From IMG/VR virus record IMGVR_UViG_3300045421_000681: a DNA stretch of 10,997 bases. One strand, written 5' to 3'. The notes below the pieces were generated by a model that was not told the origin of the DNA, did not search any database, and saw only the letters and a list, made by a program, of their open reading frames with translations. A program made the position numbers and the translations under genes. The DNA comes from a virus. Shown piece after piece: positions 8,385 through 10,997 of this stretch (positions are counted from its first letter, which is position 1; each line of letters starts with the position of its first letter).

Positions 8385-9231
8385 ATGGAAAACGAGGAAA
8401 CGCAAGAAAAATTGATTGATAAAATAGGTCTTCTTTCCAAAAAAAACCAAAAACGTTTTCGGTAGACTGCTGAACAAATTTGAGCAAGCGTACGATGTCG
8501 TTGAAACGGAAAAAGCGCAGATTCAACAAGAAAATCAAGAACTTCTTCAAAAAATAAACGAGTTACAAACCTCAGAAAAAATAGAAAAAAGAGAACTGAT
8601 TTCAGAATACGATCTGGTTTACAGGGAGTATCTGGAGGCGCAGGAAAACAATTCTCAAACACAAAAAGAATTGTATCCGTATTCGTCGGTCACCCCCGCC
8701 TATGGCACGGAGATTATTTGGTTTTCTGTGGTTGTGGGTTTGGTGTTTGACTTCTTACTGTGGAGAGATATTTTTTCTGGTAAATTTGGAGACGACATTT
8801 GGGCAGACAGAGCCGAAAGGGCGTCCGCTGTTATCATGTCGTTTTCGTACGCTTTTGTCTGCGCACAACTCGGTGCCGCCTACGCGGTAAAAATGTTCGT
8901 AAAAAAAAGGTCCGCTGTGGACAGCAGCAACATAGAAAAAACTGTCTACAATAAATCAACAGCAAAAGACACTTTCGGAATAAATTCAACCTTATTTTTC
9001 TTGCTTACGATACTCTCTACCGCCGCAAGATTTACTGAAGATGGACTTGATTTTAACGACAAATTTATACTATCATTAGCTGCCACAACTATAGGGCTTG
9101 TGATTTCAGCGATATCATATTGGTACACGGATGTTTACGAGCATTTTATGAAAGCCGCAAAAAACAGAGAGCGAACAGCCAAAAAAAATTTTATCAAAGC
9201 CAGGAAGAAAATAGGTAAAAATGAACGATAA
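8385..9231 (+). CDS. 281-aa membrane protein: N-terminal coiled coil plus about 4 TM helices and a basic tail; needs one +1 advance at CGG 8460
   Basis: ATG 8385 frame (MENEETQEKLIDKIGLLSKKNQKRF) joins at CGG 8460-8462 to GRLLNKFEQAYDVVETEKAQ.., the frame of track ORF 8671-9231. That frame is open from 8428 but has no ATG/GTG/TTG before 8671. 847 nt minus 1 gives 282 codons. Confidence 0.75.
8460..8462 (+). other. +1 recoding site (CGGT), followed at once by 0-frame TAG
   Basis: ..SKKNQKRF | GRLLNKFEQ... Shares the heptamer CGGTAGA with the site at 3772. Confidence 0.7.
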
Positions 9232-9730
9232 AATCAGAAAAATTGTAACAAGAGTTCTGGTTGCAGTCACCGCTTTGGGAATACTTGCGTACATATTCGT
9301 ACCGCAATCAAACGAAACAATAGTCACCCAAACTACGATGGAAACTTTACCAGACACCACCACCACCACCACCACTACAACCCTACCGGAAATAGAGGTG
9401 GCATGCCTGGTTCTTTACGTGAAGGATTCTGCAAAGTTTTTGATGGAGCAGACTCCGTGTTTGGATTCTTATGTCAACAAATATTTCTCACAACAATACG
9501 AGAAACTCGAATTAACCTGCAGATCTTCTGGTGACGGAAGCAAAGTGAACAGAGAACAGTTGTCGGCAAAACGTGGAGAAACACTTCAATTTTACTTGAT
9601 GAAAGTCGGTGTTAAATATGACGACATAATCCTGCAGTCGGTGGCAGACGACCTACCCTACGAGGGTGTGGATCCAAAAACTGAAGAAGGAAAAGTTCTC
9701 AACAGATCGTGCGAAGTCAATGGAAGATAA
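9221..9730 (+). CDS. 169-aa single-pass membrane protein with a Thr-rich linker and an OmpA/MotB-like C-terminal (peptidoglycan-binding type) domain
   Basis: N-terminal TM VLVAVTALGILAYIFV. The C-terminus matches the OmpA_C pattern by eye: SGDGSKVNREQLSAKRGETLQFYLMKVGVKYDDIIL..LPYEG..NRSCEV. Overlaps the upstream gene by 11 nt. Confidence 0.6.
   Translation: MNDKIRKIVTRVLVAVTALGILAYIFVPQSNETIVTQTTMETLPDTTTTTTTTTLPEIEVACLVLYVKDSAKFLMEQTPCLDSYVNKYFSQQYEKLELTCRSSGDGSKVNREQLSAKRGETLQFYLMKVGVKYDDIILQSVADDLPYEGVDPKTEEGKVLNRSCEVNGR
9356..9373 (+). repeat. (ACC)6 trinucleotide repeat inside the Thr-rich linker
   Basis: accaccaccaccaccacc, followed by act aca acc, encodes nine consecutive Thr (TTTTTTTTT). 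Confidence 0.9.
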
Positions 9731-10263
9731 AAAACTTGAGAAATGGTTTTCCAACGATAAATTGTTTTTCAAAGAACTATCATCCGGAGACCAGTGGACG
9801 AGATACGTCGCCTCAAAATTGAACGACAGACGGAATAAAATGTCATGTTCCCGATTTCAAAATACGAAAGCACATCAGCGAAAGACATAGATACGCAAGG
9901 ACAGAAAAAGACATCATCCTAGACAACATGCCGGGCCACATTGAGGTAAAATCAAGAAAACTAATTTTCAACAATGAACCAAAATCGTTTCCAATGCCCA
10001 CAGCTTATGTAGATACCGTCAGTGGATGGAACAAAAAAGAAAGCTTGCCGTTGGCCATAATATTAATCAGCCAAGAAACAAAACAGATGCTGGTCATACC
10101 CACCAGCTCAAAAGACAAATGGATCAAAATTGATTCTTTCGACAGAACCAGAAAAATAAAAGATAAATGGTATGCCGCAGAAAAATCTTTACTAAAAGAA
10201 TACGAAACATTCGTTCAATGGCTTTTGGCCAGACAATCATTTGTAAATAAAAAGGAGAAATAA
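9720..10263 (+). CDS. 180-aa PD-(D/E)xK-like nuclease-fold protein; needs one +1 advance at CGG 9831
   Basis: ATG 9720 overlaps the upstream stop. MEDKKLEKWFSNDKLFFKELSSGDQWTRYVASKLNDR joins at CGG 9831-9833 to GIKCHVPDFKIRKHISERHRYARTEKDIILDNMPGHIEVKSRK... D-x10-E-V-K core (Asp of EKDIIL to EVK), with EVK at 9943-9951. 544 nt minus 1 gives 181 codons. Merges track ORFs 9666-9890 and 9928-10263. Confidence 0.6.
9831..9833 (+). other. +1 recoding site (CGGA)
   Basis: ..YVASKLNDR | GIKCHVPDFKI... The new frame opens at 9823 and the old frame stops at 9888-9890. Confidence 0.7.
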
Positions 10264-10264
10264 A

Positions 10265-10408
10265 ATGAATCCAGATAAAGAAATAGAACAATTGGAAAGA
10301 GATCTAAAAGAATTGAAAGCTTTACAAAAAGAAATTATAAAACTTGAAAAAGAAATTGAAAAATTAGATAAAAAATTAGCCCAAAAACCCGATAAGGTAG
10401 AGCAGTAA
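10265..10408 (+). CDS. 47-aa coiled-coil protein
   Basis: Not in the ORF track because it is under 60 aa. AAGGAG at 10252-10257 precedes ATG 10265. Sequence MNPDKEIEQLERDLKELKALQKEIIKLEKEIEKLDKKLAQKPDKVEQ. The start lies 1 nt after the upstream stop. Confidence 0.6.
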   Translation: MNPDKEIEQLERDLKELKALQKEIIKLEKEIEKLDKKLAQKPDKVEQ

Positions 10409-10451
10409 AAAAACGGTTACTATATCCTCGATTAACTTATCGGGGGTATCC

Positions 10452-10709
10452 ATGGAACAATTAAAGAATATTTTTCTTAGAATAGTTGCAACATTTGCAG
10501 CCAGTGGTTTAAGCGTGGTTGGTGCAGGCACTATAGTTGGAGTACCGATATGGAAGGCTATATTTATGGCAGGTGTAGCTGGCGTAGTTACCGTTGTAGA
10601 GGGCTTGTCGCGTGCATTCCTTGATGACGGCAAGCTCAGCATAAAAGAAATCAATGAAGTCTTCGGTAAAGTAGACAAGAAGGCAAAGAAAGCCGCTGAT
10701 GTCGAATGA
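10452..10709 (+). CDS. 85-aa two-TM protein resembling r1t-type phage holins
   Basis: LRIVATFAASGLSVVGAGTIVGVPIWKAIFMAGVAGVVTVVEGLS followed by a charged tail. The pattern matches my recollection of the Phage_r1t_holin family. No search was run. Confidence 0.55.
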   Translation: MEQLKNIFLRIVATFAASGLSVVGAGTIVGVPIWKAIFMAGVAGVVTVVEGLSRAFLDDGKLSIKEINEVFGKVDKKAKKAADVE

Positions 10710-10915
10710 AAAAGGCAATAATAGCGGCGGCTATTTTAGTTTTATCTGGATGTGGATATCAAGGACACTATCGTTACGAATGTCAAGATCCCGCAAACTG
10801 GGAAAATGAAAACTGTAACCCACCCGTATGCCTAGTGGATGGAATGTGCACAGAAAGCTTGTTGGGTTTCGATCCCAAAGAAGTAACCGATACGATTGAG
10901 GGAGAAAAGCCGTGA
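10706..10915 (+). CDS. 69-aa Cys-rich lipoprotein
   Basis: Signal peptide with lipobox LSGC (MKKAIIAAAILVLSGC). Four further Cys residues. Its ATG overlaps the upstream TGA (ATGA). Confidence 0.7.
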   Translation: MKKAIIAAAILVLSGCGYQGHYRYECQDPANWENENCNPPVCLVDGMCTESLLGFDPKEVTDTIEGEKP

Positions 10916-10997
10916 AAAAAAGATTGACATCAGAAGAACTGGACGCACGACTTAAATTTGTGGTTGGCTGTGTGCTTGCAGCCGTATTGACCATGAC
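10912..10997 (+). CDS. N-terminus of a membrane protein; 3' end lies outside the window
   Basis: GTG overlaps the upstream TGA (GTGA). VKKRLTSEELDARLKFVVGCVLAAVLTM runs open to the window end. Confidence 0.45.
   Translation, partial: MKKRLTSEELDARLKFVVGCVLAAVLTM

Noticed and set aside
7875-8400. Genomic island or prophage integrated at the tmRNA 3' end
   Set aside because: No integrase gene follows the tmRNA, and I found no second copy of the tmRNA 3' segment in the window. A larger element cannot be excluded from 11 kb.
8439-8446. Slippage at the A8 tract, as phase variation or transcriptional slippage, as the cause of the break in gene 8385-9231
   Set aside because: The CGG at 8460, inside the same permissive window, explains the break by the general rule. 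Other A7-A8 tracts (300-306, 8901-8908, 9181-9188) lie in intact frames.
9666-9719. GTG 9666 as the start of the nuclease gene
   Set aside because: It lies deep inside the OmpA-like gene. ATG 9720 overlaps that gene's stop, which is typical coupling in this region.

Overview
AT-rich, tightly packed region that looks phage-like or from a reduced genome. The host cannot be named from sequence alone. It holds 13 protein genes, a tRNA-Gly(UCC) at 5033-5103 (-) and a tmRNA at 7510-7874 (+). Main result: four genes look shattered into overlapping ORF pieces in the six-frame track, and one rule repairs all of them. Wherever CGG falls in the current reading frame, the frame must advance by +1. This happens 15 times in about 3,380 inferred codons. 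Skipping the C, or reading CGGN as one four-base unit, joins every piece into one open, protein-like frame whose corrected length divides by 3. No in-frame CGG is read through anywhere in the window. Dozens of out-of-frame CGG trinucleotides are crossed harmlessly, and CGT/CGA/AGA/AGG are used normally. That frame dependence argues against sequencing error or random decay and for a translational recoding system, either CGG-triggered +1 frameshifting or quadruplet decoding. The tRNA-Gly in the window has G at position 37, so bases 34-37 read 5'-UCCG-3', complementary to CGGA. It is a candidate decoder. Other content: three large proteins with similar Ala/Ser/Lys-rich C-terminal tails, one carrying an HEMGH zincin motif and one an 18-bp x10 (PAPVPT)n repeat; a trio of coiled-coil 4-TM protein, single-pass OmpA-like protein and PD-(D/E)xK-like nuclease; and a lysis-like set of r1t-type holin-like protein, Cys-rich lipoprotein and a membrane protein. 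Product calls come from motif recognition by eye, with no database search.
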